Shown here: positions 1-9,638 of the stretch, one piece after another
How positions within the stretch are numbered: the stretch's first letter is position 1
Layout of the letters: each line of letters begins with the position of its first letter
From: Nitrospirota bacterium
GTDB lineage: Bacteria; Nitrospirota; UBA9217
Direction: 5' to 3'
DNA length: 64,000 nt
Assembly (NCBI GenBank): GCA_963754875.1
Contig: CAVWHO010000005.1
Coordinates: 1-64,000 of the forward strand
Notes under the pieces: generated by a model
Told to the model about the DNA's origin: nothing
What the model saw: the letters and a program-made list of their open reading frames with translations, nothing else
The model's database searches: none
Position numbers and translations under genes: made by a program

Positions 1-269
1 TTAAACAAGCAGCTCATCGCTCGAAACCGCCTTCCCCCTGTTTTTTTCACTCAGCACTTCGTACTCTCCAACCACTCTGAACTGTGAACTCTGTACTCTG
101 AACTCAGTTCCTCCCCTGCTCCTATTGGACACTATATTCCCCGGATTCGTTGACATATCGATGCATCGGTGTCAGACTTAAGACATCCCATTCACGAAGC
201 ATCTTCACATCCCGCTCGGTAAACCAAAAAAGACGAAGACTTCCTGTGAGTTGTGATAGGAGGTACACA

Positions 270-1151
270 ATGAAAACACTGGTCATTGGTGGAACAGGTA
301 TGGTAGGAAGCATGGTGGTAGCCGGCTTGCTGAAGCAGAGGGAAGCCGTACGGGTCTTGAGTCATTCCCCGGATAAACTGAAGGAACTGCCCAAAGGCGT
401 GGAAGGAATAAGGGCGGACCTCGATGATCCCACTACGCTCGCCGCAGCTTTCGACGGCATCGACAACGTGTTCCTGCTGAATGCAGTGGGGCCGAACGAG
501 ACCGATGAAGGACTCCTTGCCGTGTCTGCTGCAAAAGCAGCCAGGGTCAAGAAGATAGTCTACATGTCGGTGAGCATGCCGGAAGGGTCGAGTAGAATAC
601 CGCACTTCCGGAGCAAACTCCCGGTGGAGAATGCCATCAAAGAATCTGGGATCGCCTACACGATCCTTCGGCCGAATAACTTTTTCCAGAACGACCTCTG
701 GTTGAAGTCGGCGATCATGCAGTACAGCATCTATCCGCAGCCCTTAGGCAGCAAAGGCCTGAACCGGGTAGATGTGCGCGATATCGCCGACTGTGCAATT
801 GCCGCACTCACGAAATCCGGTTATGAGGGCAAGACCTATGATATCCACGGACCGGATACCTTGACCGGCGAGTCAACTGCCAGGATCTACTCAAAGCAAT
901 TGGGACGGGAAGTCCGCTACAGTGGTAACGACGTCGGCGCCTGGGCGGAAAAGTCAAAAGGCATGATGCCGGATTTTTTGATCGCTGACATGCGCATCAT
1001 GTATGAGTTCTTCCAGAACAATGGGATGATCGCCACTAAGGACGATCTTGAAAATATGAAGATGCTCCTTGGCCGCAAGCCGCGTTCATTCGATGATTTC
1101 GTCAGGGAGATTGCTGCAGAGTGGAGGAGCAAAACACCGAAGGCTGCATAA
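270..1151 (+). CDS. NmrA-family/atypical SDR NAD(P)-binding oxidoreductase
   Basis: Rossmann motif IGGTGMVG, YTILRPNNFFQN and VDVRDIA motifs; ATG at 270 preceded by AGGAGG. Confidence 0.9.
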   Translation: MKTLVIGGTGMVGSMVVAGLLKQREAVRVLSHSPDKLKELPKGVEGIRADLDDPTTLAAAFDGIDNVFLLNAVGPNETDEGLLAVSAAKAARVKKIVYMSVSMPEGSSRIPHFRSKLPVENAIKESGIAYTILRPNNFFQNDLWLKSAIMQYSIYPQPLGSKGLNRVDVRDIADCAIAALTKSGYEGKTYDIHGPDTLTGESTARIYSKQLGREVRYSGNDVGAWAEKSKGMMPDFLIADMRIMYEFFQNNGMIATKDDLENMKMLLGRKPRSFDDFVREIAAEWRSKTPKAA

Positions 1152-1165
1152 ACGTAAGGGAAACG

Positions 1166-1203
1166 ATACCGGACGCCGATGGAACGGCCTCCGGTATTTT
1201 TTT
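1166..1203 (+). terminator. Intrinsic terminator after the NmrA gene
   Basis: ATACCGGA-CGCCG...CGGC-TCCGGTAT stem followed by a T-run. Confidence 0.7.
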
Positions 1204-1858
1204 GTTCTATTCGTAAAGAAGTTGGAAAACTTACGGCGAACGTCAATCTCGCGCAACGGCTTATGACCGTACATACTTCAATCAGTAAAGTAGAATCATG
1301 CCACGTAGTTATATCTCGTCACCTACACCTACTATCAAACGAGTTTCGATAAATTGAACCTTCAACGAATCCCATTTTCAGTCTGCACAAGTTGCAGCGT
1401 CTGGCGCTTGCGGACTTCATCTACAAAAGTGGAACAGACAATTTCTCAACGGCCTTGCAGTATCCTGATTGTATCCAACAGTGGGACGCCTAAGGACATC
1501 ATGTGCGAAGTTGTCTTACACTGTACTGATCCAGATCATCGCTGCAATCAATCTAGGACACAACCACCTTTGTCTTCCCAAGACTGCTGCACCGCGCGAT
1601 AAGGAGCGTAAATAAAAAGCACTGCCGCTTTGATGTCAAGAAAATTATAGGTTTTGATCGCATTTCTTATTAATAAAACGCCCATACGTGACCAGAGAAC
1701 ACTGATGAAACCCCGTGTCCTCTGGTTTATAGGGCATTTTCGGAATTATTCCGGGTTTTCCAAACCTTGAGCAGAAATCTAGGACAGTCCAGGGCAGATG
1801 CTCAACGACTATCCCCTTATGTTAACTTGTCATAGACCTCAAAGCCCCTGATACCCTC

Positions 1859-2353
1859 TCACTGTCCTCCACGGACGCAGCGTACATAATCATCGCCCGT
1901 CTTGACGTTGCCCATTATTTCGCCATAGTCGAACCACACGGCCGCTGCGTCCGAAGGTCCTCCTGCTACGGAAGTGGACGACCAGTACCCGGCATATGCG
2001 ACTGGCATGCTCGGAAAATACGTGGCGTCAATCGATGGATTGGAGGTTGTTGTGCTGACAATTGATTTTAGCTCCTTGACATTCGGGAGACGCCAGTCCG
2101 TGAAGCCTGCGAGGGACAAGCCCTGGCAGTAGGCCAAGGCCGACGTCGTCGTCCCCGAACCCCAGTTATAATAGGCTGCAGTTCCCGTATCGCACGGCGT
2201 CGTCGTGGTGCTCAGCCCCGCAGTACACTGCTGCCACATCAGTGACGTTGTCGCATCGCTTACGGTACCGTTGCCGTTATCGGTGAAACTTGCGGCAAGA
2301 GCGCCCGTCGCAAATAAAACGGTCAATCCCAAGCTTATAAAAACCTGTCTCAT
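1859..2353 (-). CDS. Secreted Lcl C-terminal (DUF1566) domain protein
   Basis: Signal peptide; FTDNGNGTVSD..LMWQQ, DWRLPNVKEL, YWSST, YVRCVR; GGAGGAG RBS. Confidence 0.9.
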   Translation of the reverse strand: MRQVFISLGLTVLFATGALAASFTDNGNGTVSDATTSLMWQQCTAGLSTTTTPCDTGTAAYYNWGSGTTTSALAYCQGLSLAGFTDWRLPNVKELKSIVSTTTSNPSIDATYFPSMPVAYAGYWSSTSVAGGPSDAAAVWFDYGEIMGNVKTGDDYVRCVRGGQ

Positions 2354-2482
2354 GGTCTCCTCCTCGGTAATGTTTCATAGAAATCCCCGACTGCTCTTGT
2401 CGAAGATAAAATTTAGCCTAAAATCCATGGTTCAAAGAGCCATCATTGAAGCGGTCAAAGCGCCAACAATCGACTCAAGTCC

Positions 2483-4693
2483 TCAACGGACACAACGTAC
2501 ATAGTGGTTGTTCGCCACCCCGTCGCCATTGTCGCCGCCGCCGACGAAGTTCGTCACAAACGCGAACCCTGAAGCAAGCAAGTAGGGAGTGGACGACCAA
2601 TAGTCGTCATTTTGCGTATTCGGGAAGTAGCCGGCATTTATTGCGGGGTTGTATGTCCCGTAATCCACAAGGTTAACCAGTTCGAAATCCATGGGCAGGC
2701 GCCAGCCGGTTCCCGCAAGACTCAGATTAGCGCAGATGTTTGCAGCATCGGACCAGTTGTACTGTACGGCAGTGCCCGTGGCGCAGCCAGCGCCGCTCAG
2801 GCCATTTGTGCACTGCTGCCACAACAGCCCCGTGACGTTGTCCGTGACCGTGCCGTCACCGTTATCTGTATACGAGAGCGGGTTAACGATGTGCGAGCCG
2901 TCTTGTCCCGCTCCCGCGCATGAGATGACGCCTCCCGAAGAATTATAACAGGTTGTCTGACCTGTATCCGGGAAGGTTCCTGCGGCTGTTGTGGTCCACT
3001 TCGCGTACAGGATAACATTTGCAGCAGGCATCGAGAACGTCTGCCCCGGCGTATAGCTCGTGCCCGACCCGTCAGCCAGCGTGTTCCAGCCCGCGAAGGT
3101 GTTGCCGGTATTTACTAAGGCGCCGGTATTCCCGAGCACCGTAACGATCGCTCCCTGCTGGTAGTTGGTTGAGTCAACCGGGACGCTGCCGCCGGTATTG
3201 CCGTTGCCGTTATAGGTTACGGTGTATGTCGGGTTGGTGGTCCACTGCGCATACAAGGTAACATTTGCCGTACCCATCGCGAAGGTCTGTGCCTGCGTGT
3301 ACGTCGTGCCGGTCCCGTCAGCCTGAGTGTTCCAGCCCGCGAAGGTGTAGCCGGTATTTACTAAGTTGCCGGTATTACCGAGCACGGTGATGGTCTGCCC
3401 CTGCTGGTACATGTTCGAATCAACCGGGACGCTGCCGCTGGTGCTGTCGTTGCCGTTATAGGTCACCGTATAGGTAGCAAGCCCGCCGAATGCGGCCATC
3501 GGACATACTTGCGTAAGGTCGAACGCATTGTTATATTTCTGCGATTGGCCCCCGGTTGTTACGGTGATGGATCCATCGTCATTGTACGTGATCGTTGTCG
3601 CACCATTAACCGTGAGTTCGCCCGATGTCGTGTGGCCCATGCTATCGTCAAACACGATCGGGGTATCGGTCACAAACGTGAACGTGCCGTTCTGACAAAA
3701 TGCCGGAGTGAAGGCAATGCTGAATGTACCGCTGACGCTCATATCCTCTGATGCAGTACCCGGAGTTATTGCCAGCTGAAAGTCGGTGAACGTTGCTGTT
3801 ATGGAGTAGCTGCCCCAGGATTCAGCGAAGGTGCCGTTCGTTGTATAGGTAGTTGTAGTCCCCGTGCCTGATGTCGAAAGAGCATAGGCATCGGACAGGT
3901 TCGTGAGGGTTACGGAATAATTTTGATCCGTGGTGTTATCATATATGCTCACGCCGCCCGTAGTGGTCATGGTCAACGAGGTCACTAATGAACCGGAGAC
4001 CGTCACCGCGACGGATATCGGAAGACCGGTCATGGTGGTCCGGGAAATTAAGTTTGAATATCCGGGTCCAAAGTCCTGCAACGTAAAGGCTGTTGGTGTC
4101 AACGAACTTCCCAGCGTCACGCTCATGCTGTAGCCTGTTGACGTTGGCGCCAACGTCAAAATATCGTATTCGCCGTCAGCCTGAATGCCGTTTTCGCGAC
4201 AGCCGGAGAAGAAGATAGCGGTGACACCACCGTCACTACTGGCGCCCTGCACATAAGATCCGCCGTCAGGACAGCTCCCGCCTCCCGAAAACGTGAATTT
4301 CTGGGATCTCGTCCCCATGATGCCGCTTGCAGCGGTACGGGCCGATTGTGCCAGGGCGAATTTACCCGTAGCCTTCACCAGACTGTTCATCGCCGGACTC
4401 TGTTCAGAATTGCCGAATGTGCTCGGCTGCGGCGCCTGGATTCCGACTACGCTTACCAGTCCGATATTGGTGAGATTGCCGAATGCCTGGGTTGTGCCTA
4501 ATGCCATATTGATACCCTGGCTGGAGCTTGAGGCCGCCTGGGTACCCTGAGTGTTATCTTGGATAGTTGTGTTCCCTCCACCTCCGCCGGTAGGAGTGCC
4601 GCCTCCACCGCCACTGCTGTGGCAGGCGCCAAGGAATATCGTGACTCCAAGAACCAGAACCGCTATCAATGTAAAAATAGTAAATTTTTTCAT
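2483..4693 (-). CDS. Lipoprotein with a Thr/Gly-rich beta region, two InlB B-repeat-like (Listeria-Bacteroides) repeats and a C-terminal DUF1566 domain
   Basis: Lipobox LGAC; two YTVTYNGN...FAGWNT...LYAxW repeats; PDTGQTTCY, WRLP, YWSST, YVRCVR; GGAGG before ATG 4693. Confidence 0.85.
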   Translation of the reverse strand: MKKFTIFTLIAVLVLGVTIFLGACHSSGGGGGTPTGGGGGNTTIQDNTQGTQAASSSSQGINMALGTTQAFGNLTNIGLVSVVGIQAPQPSTFGNSEQSPAMNSLVKATGKFALAQSARTAASGIMGTRSQKFTFSGGGSCPDGGSYVQGASSDGGVTAIFFSGCRENGIQADGEYDILTLAPTSTGYSMSVTLGSSLTPTAFTLQDFGPGYSNLISRTTMTGLPISVAVTVSGSLVTSLTMTTTGGVSIYDNTTDQNYSVTLTNLSDAYALSTSGTGTTTTYTTNGTFAESWGSYSITATFTDFQLAITPGTASEDMSVSGTFSIAFTPAFCQNGTFTFVTDTPIVFDDSMGHTTSGELTVNGATTITYNDDGSITVTTGGQSQKYNNAFDLTQVCPMAAFGGLATYTVTYNGNDSTSGSVPVDSNMYQQGQTITVLGNTGNLVNTGYTFAGWNTQADGTGTTYTQAQTFAMGTANVTLYAQWTTNPTYTVTYNGNGNTGGSVPVDSTNYQQGAIVTVLGNTGALVNTGNTFAGWNTLADGSGTSYTPGQTFSMPAANVILYAKWTTTAAGTFPDTGQTTCYNSSGGVISCAGAGQDGSHIVNPLSYTDNGDGTVTDNVTGLLWQQCTNGLSGAGCATGTAVQYNWSDAANICANLSLAGTGWRLPMDFELVNLVDYGTYNPAINAGYFPNTQNDDYWSSTPYLLASGFAFVTNFVGGGDNGDGVANNHYVRCVR
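2991..3475 (-). repeat. Intragenic tandem duplication, period 246 bp (two B-repeat domains)
   Basis: GTGGTCCACT at 2991 and 3237; GTTCCAGCCCGCGAAGGT and CAACCGGGACGCTGCCGC recur at the same offset. Confidence 0.9.
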
Positions 4694-4971
4694 GGAAGCC
4701 TCCATTTCTCAGTCTGTTATACGATCAAGATGCATTGAACCGTAGACAATAGGCAACTGAAGCTTTGGATTAGAATCTTTTATGTAATTACAACACGCCC
4801 TTTGTACGGTCATTAAACTGTTGCAGCCACGCGGTAGAGAAGTCTGAACTATGATTACTTGTCACATCAAATGCAACTGCATAGCTTCTTTCTATTGCCC
4901 CAGTCGCCGTGTTTAGCTAAGGGAAAGACCTCCTTCGTCCCGATAAAAGAGACGCCATCCCTCAAGCGGAT

Positions 4972-5018
4972 AAAAAAAGGCCAAGTCCACCGCTAATTTT
5001 TCCTTCGGCAGCTCGGCC
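4972..5018 (-). terminator. Expression-platform terminator overlapping the 3' end of the riboswitch
   Basis: Minus strand GGCCGAGCUGCCG...CGGUGGACUUGGCC followed by U7. Confidence 0.7.
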
Positions 5019-5080
5019 ATCTTTTCTCAAGACTCGTCGCTTTCCTCGCCCTCCTCACGAAGGGCTTGGCTTTGTCGGGA
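5004..5080 (-). ncRNA. Cyclic di-GMP-I (GEMM-I) riboswitch aptamer
   Basis: Minus strand CGACAAAGCCAAGCCCUUC-GUGA-GGAGGGCGAGGAAAGCG...AGUCU...AGAUGGCCGAGCUGCCGAA matches GEMM-I architecture (GNRA P2 loop, GGAAAGC junction, 3' GCCGAA). Confidence 0.85.
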
Positions 5081-5558
5081 AATAAAATTTATTATTTATA
5101 TAAATGAAAGCAGTTAATTCATTCCCTGTCAAGGTCTATCTCTGAAAGTAGATGTTCTGCATGTACCTGTTGAGGAGAATTATGCTATGAACAAGGTAAT
5201 GCCCTATTAGATTAACTGATTAGATCAGGCGTGAATGCTGCTATGTTCATATATTCAGGTTGTAATATGCACCTGCTGCCTGTAAGGATAAAATCAATAC
5301 AGATACAGGATGAAACAGGTGATTGATGTCATTTCTTGGAATTACGGAATTGCAGATGAATTCTGCAAGCTTCAAGCTTTGCAGCGGTCGTTGACTTCAG
5401 GAAGTAATCGACAGCATAGGTTTTATCCGATATTTCTTAACTTTCGTCATGAAGATCCGTGCTGATCCAAAAACTTGACCGCCCCTCTTGTTATCGTTGG
5501 GTTCGCGAATCTGGTCTATAATTAATCTGCAACCGTTATCATTGGCCAAATTTAGCGA

Positions 5559-6002
5559 TCAGTAATAAGTGATTGTATCATTGTTCTTTAAGAGGGGATA
5601 ATACGTCCAGCTGAGGCCATTCTTAATATCCCTCACGAACAAATTCCCAAATCCGGTCGAAGACGTGCAAATCGACACCTTTACTTTTGCGCCACTGACG
5701 ACCTGCCCGTCAAAAATGAGGCCTTCTATACAGAAAGATGAACCTAAAAGGGTCCCTGCTTCTATACATTGACGTGAAGTCGAGTTTTGCGAACAGAAGT
5801 CGCCCGTTGCTTTAATGCGGGCCTTTTCGCATTCGATATCTCGCGCTGGTTTGCAAACCCCGTCCCGTATCTGTAAATTGCCGGGGAACATGGATCTGTT
5901 CTCTATTGTTACATCGATATATCCGCCGTTTAACGCGTCTTGTGCAAAACCCGTTATTGGCAGAATAATAAGAATTAACTCCATCAAAAAAAATCTATTC
6001 AT
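5559..6002 (-). CDS. Hypothetical secreted Cys-containing protein
   Basis: Hydrophobic N-terminus ending GFA-Q; six Cys; no recognised family. Confidence 0.6.
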   Translation of the reverse strand: MNRFFLMELILIILPITGFAQDALNGGYIDVTIENRSMFPGNLQIRDGVCKPARDIECEKARIKATGDFCSQNSTSRQCIEAGTLLGSSFCIEGLIFDGQVVSGAKVKVSICTSSTGFGNLFVRDIKNGLSWTYYPLLKNNDTITYY

Positions 6003-6830
6003 TTCGTCGCTCCCATGCATTCTTTATCAAGGGCTTTAACTGCTCACGTGAAGATCTCTATACAACCTTAGACACGATTGAACATGAGAAGGTAAATCGT
6101 GGCAGTTAGGTTTCAACGACGGTAAATCTGCTCCTGCTATATAAAAACATTGCTTCCGTATGTACTATTTGTTGTTGCGGTGAATTTTAACTCTACTATT
6201 TCAGGATGCATGCTTGATCGTAAACTTCTCCTGGTATTTCTTGATCCAGCGATGATCTCGTTCTGCGACAGCCACCTACAATCTGTTAAACCAGTCGGTA
6301 ATAATTTCTGCGCTTTTCCACTCGAACTACGCAACTGATTTCTATAAGAGCATCGAAATGCGTTTGAGACGGCAAAGTGGGTTGTCTGCTTTGAGTTCAA
6401 TGATCTTCCGGCTGATCGGTGCTGGATGAATGACACTCCTTTCGATAACTTCAACTTGGAATTTCACCCTATTTTTTAAATCCTTGTTATCATAAACTGG
6501 TTGTAAAAATTGTTTAGCAAGATTGCCCGGGAACATCGTTGGATCAATTCCGCATATGCTATCGAGTGCGGAGGAAACCGCAGAAGCGCAGCTTGTATTG
6601 GCGCTTTACCTTCGAGGTGTCGAGGTCAGCGTATTCGAGAATCTTCAACGGTCACCAGAATAACATGGAGGTTAATTCAATATTCATTCTTTATTTTGGC
6701 TGATAGTGTCCTTTAAATGGGTGACCCAATAGCCTAACCTAGCGTGGTCCGATCCCCGGAGCGACCTGGCTGAGCTTGCTTGGCATACGCTTGTGCCCAG
6801 CAGCTCAGCAATATTATCCTTATATTCCGG

Positions 6831-7847
6831 TCACTTGTGAACTTGTTTAGGAGGAACATGGGCTTGGTTAGGAATGTGGAAGGTCTGGATCAGGAAACGG
6901 TGCACCTTCTCCACCGCATCGGCGCGTGCCGCAGCGTTGGGATGCAGTTCCGCGCCGCTCTGCATGCAGCCTCGCATGTACCGGATCAGAGCTAGCCCGG
7001 AGACCCCGGTCACCGGCTTGTTGTCCATCCGGATAACCTGACCGGTGGAACAATCGACGACCACGTCGCAGTTGCGGGCCGTCTCGACCAGACTGACGGA
7101 TCCGTCGATGCCCCCTTCCACGTCGAAGTCATGATAGACGCCTGGATAGGTCTGGAAGGTGACCGGGTTGCCCTGCGTCTGAATCCAGTCGGCGAATTCC
7201 CGCGTAGGTCCGACTGGCACGAGGTTGTCCGCATCACCGTGCAAGAAGAGCATCGGTGCATGGTCGGTGGCTGTGTCACGGTACTGTGGAGAGGCCATTC
7301 CATAAAACACGACATGAGCGGCGAACTTGGGATCGGCGGGCGCCAGCACCGCCAGCCGTGCGCTTTCCAGCGCCGTCTCCATCGCAACCGCACCGCCGCG
7401 CGACCAGCCGATGATACCGATCCGGCTGGGGTCAATGCGCGGATCGGCCGCCAGCACCTTCAGCGCTGCAAAGGAGTCGGCAAGATCAGCCAGACTCCTC
7501 AGTTTGCTTTGGTCACTGGCGCTTTCGCCAATGCCGCGCGGTGCGAAACTGTCGACGACAAAGGCTGCTATACCCCAGTCGTTCATGCTCTTGGCCCACT
7601 TGCGGATATTGTCGCCCTGCGCCCCCGTTAGCCCGGCGCTTCCGTGCTTGAGGATCATTGCCGGCACTGGCCCTTTTGCGCCACTCGGCAGATACAGATA
7701 GCCGACGACTGTCACCGCCGCGCCTTGACCGTGCACGTACTCTGTCCAAGTGCTTGGCGTTCGAGAGGGAATATCCACTTTCTCTTGCGCCGCGCCAATC
7801 AATGGCGCCATAGAGATCAATACCGCAAGCAGAATCCTTAGCCACAT
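6831..7847 (-). CDS. Secreted dienelactone hydrolase family (alpha/beta hydrolase)
   Basis: GWSRGG nucleophile elbow, HGDADN, YPGVYHDFD; signal peptide; AGGAGG RBS. Confidence 0.88.
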   Translation of the reverse strand: MWLRILLAVLISMAPLIGAAQEKVDIPSRTPSTWTEYVHGQGAAVTVVGYLYLPSGAKGPVPAMILKHGSAGLTGAQGDNIRKWAKSMNDWGIAAFVVDSFAPRGIGESASDQSKLRSLADLADSFAALKVLAADPRIDPSRIGIIGWSRGGAVAMETALESARLAVLAPADPKFAAHVVFYGMASPQYRDTATDHAPMLFLHGDADNLVPVGPTREFADWIQTQGNPVTFQTYPGVYHDFDVEGGIDGSVSLVETARNCDVVVDCSTGQVIRMDNKPVTGVSGLALIRYMRGCMQSGAELHPNAAARADAVEKVHRFLIQTFHIPNQAHVPPKQVHK

Positions 7848-8764
7848 GATTTGCCCTCCTCTTCTGCTATGCTGCTGCACGTCAGATTATCGAATCACAA
7901 GTACGAGAGTATTACACCGTGTCGACTTGCAACCAATCATGCCGCAAGCCAACCGGAGTCTCAAGCTCAATCAGATCATAACGGAAAAACCCGGGACCGT
8001 CAACCACATTTGTATAAATTGGATAGTCCCGATTGCAGATCTGTCTGTTCATATCCTCTCCGGCCTTGAGAGGCGATGGGACAATATATTTTAGTTCATA
8101 CGATCTTTCTGCCTACGTACCAACTTCGAGAAATTGAAACTGCGGATTTACGATCTACTTCGCAAAATTGAGAGAGCAAATGGTCGCGAAGTTTTTTCTT
8201 CAAAAATTCCATCGTTATTGCTAACAACGGCTTCTTGCCTTGACAGTCCCCGAGATGGATGGCACTTCGGTTGTGCGATAAGTTTGGCCATACCTGTTGA
8301 GGGGAATATGCTACAAAGAAAGTAATACCCTGTTAGATTGATCGACCATTCTACCTGACCGCATCAAAATTTCAAAGTATAACATTCGTTTTCCAATGTA
8401 TGCAACTGTTATGGAGTTTCAGAAAGAACGCTCTGCTTGAGGAAGAGAATATTGGAATTTATTCGCAAATAATGCAGAAAAGAAGTGGTTTTTAGAACAT
8501 GACGTTTCTTTGTATAAGTACTTAAATGGCGTCGACGAATGACAACCTTTTACTGTGTTATACTTATAGCATTCACGCCTCTTGAGCGAGGGGGTAGTAA
8601 AAATGAATTTTTATAATACCTCACGAAGAATTTCTCTCTTACGCAACTACAATTCATTATATTCCCCAACTGGTTTGATAAATTCATGATTACGTGAGCA
8701 AGAAGAGCGGAACCGTAAAAAAAGGAATTTTGTAAGGCTGTTATAACGAGGCGGTAAATATATT

Positions 8765-9157
8765 ATGACGGACGATATTGTCTGGGAAAAAAGTCTCAAA
8801 AATGCTTTGGACCTTTCAAGAAGGGAAAACAAACTTGTGCTTGCTGCTTTTTTCGGTTCGACATGCGAGGCATGTATTAAAATGAAAACATGCACGCTAA
8901 TCACTCAACTCGTTCAGGACTATATAAAAAAACATTTTATAGCCATTAAATATGAATCGGGCACCGATTCAGATCAGTTTATGAGATTTTGTGTAACGGC
9001 AAAACCTGCTGTAATTGTGCTTGATTCTGAAGGTAATGAAATATTCAGAAAGATAGGATATTTTGAGCCGGATGTATTTATAGAAAAGCTCGAAATGGCA
9101 AGAAAAAAGGCGGCCCATAGAGCAGCAAAAGTCATGCATATTATAAAAACAATTTAG
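8765..9157 (+). CDS. Thioredoxin-fold protein
   Basis: CEAC (CxxC), probable cis-Pro segment KPAVIVLDSEG, C-terminal GYFEPDVF. Confidence 0.75.
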   Translation: MTDDIVWEKSLKNALDLSRRENKLVLAAFFGSTCEACIKMKTCTLITQLVQDYIKKHFIAIKYESGTDSDQFMRFCVTAKPAVIVLDSEGNEIFRKIGYFEPDVFIEKLEMARKKAAHRAAKVMHIIKTI

Positions 9158-9593
9158 CTGATCATAGAGGTTCGAGCGTTCGAGCATCACCTACAGCAGT
9201 GTCGTGTCAATATTGTGACATGGTAGTAGAATTGTGGTTGCCATATCCACTTCAGTGAGCCGAACGATATGGATTGTGTTTTGCTAGCTTAGCAGGGTTC
9301 TTACTGCAGGGAAGCGGAGCGTTACGAGTAATCCCGTTTATCATGTCAAGAACGCAGACGTGGTGCAGTTGCTTTTCTTTCGCTCCCGTATTTTTACCGT
9401 GAAGCATACGTCTTCATTTTTGCAATCAGCACAGCCGTCTCACTATGGTCGATAATCCGTTCGGCCACGCTTTCTATGAGGAGTCTTTCAAGCCCGATTT
9501 CTGCGATGACTGTTGACAATTATTAAGTCTGCGGTTTTTTCTCGTGAAGCGTCTACAATGACAGCTCTCATCACACAGCTCCCATAACATTAT

Positions 9594-9622
9594 TGACATT
9601 TTATCGAGTCAGAAATATATTC
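9594..9622 (+). promoter_or_regulatory. Sigma70-like promoter of the histidine kinase
   Basis: TTGACA-17 nt-TATATT. Confidence 0.5.
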
Positions 9623-9638
9623 AAAAAACGATATAGCT

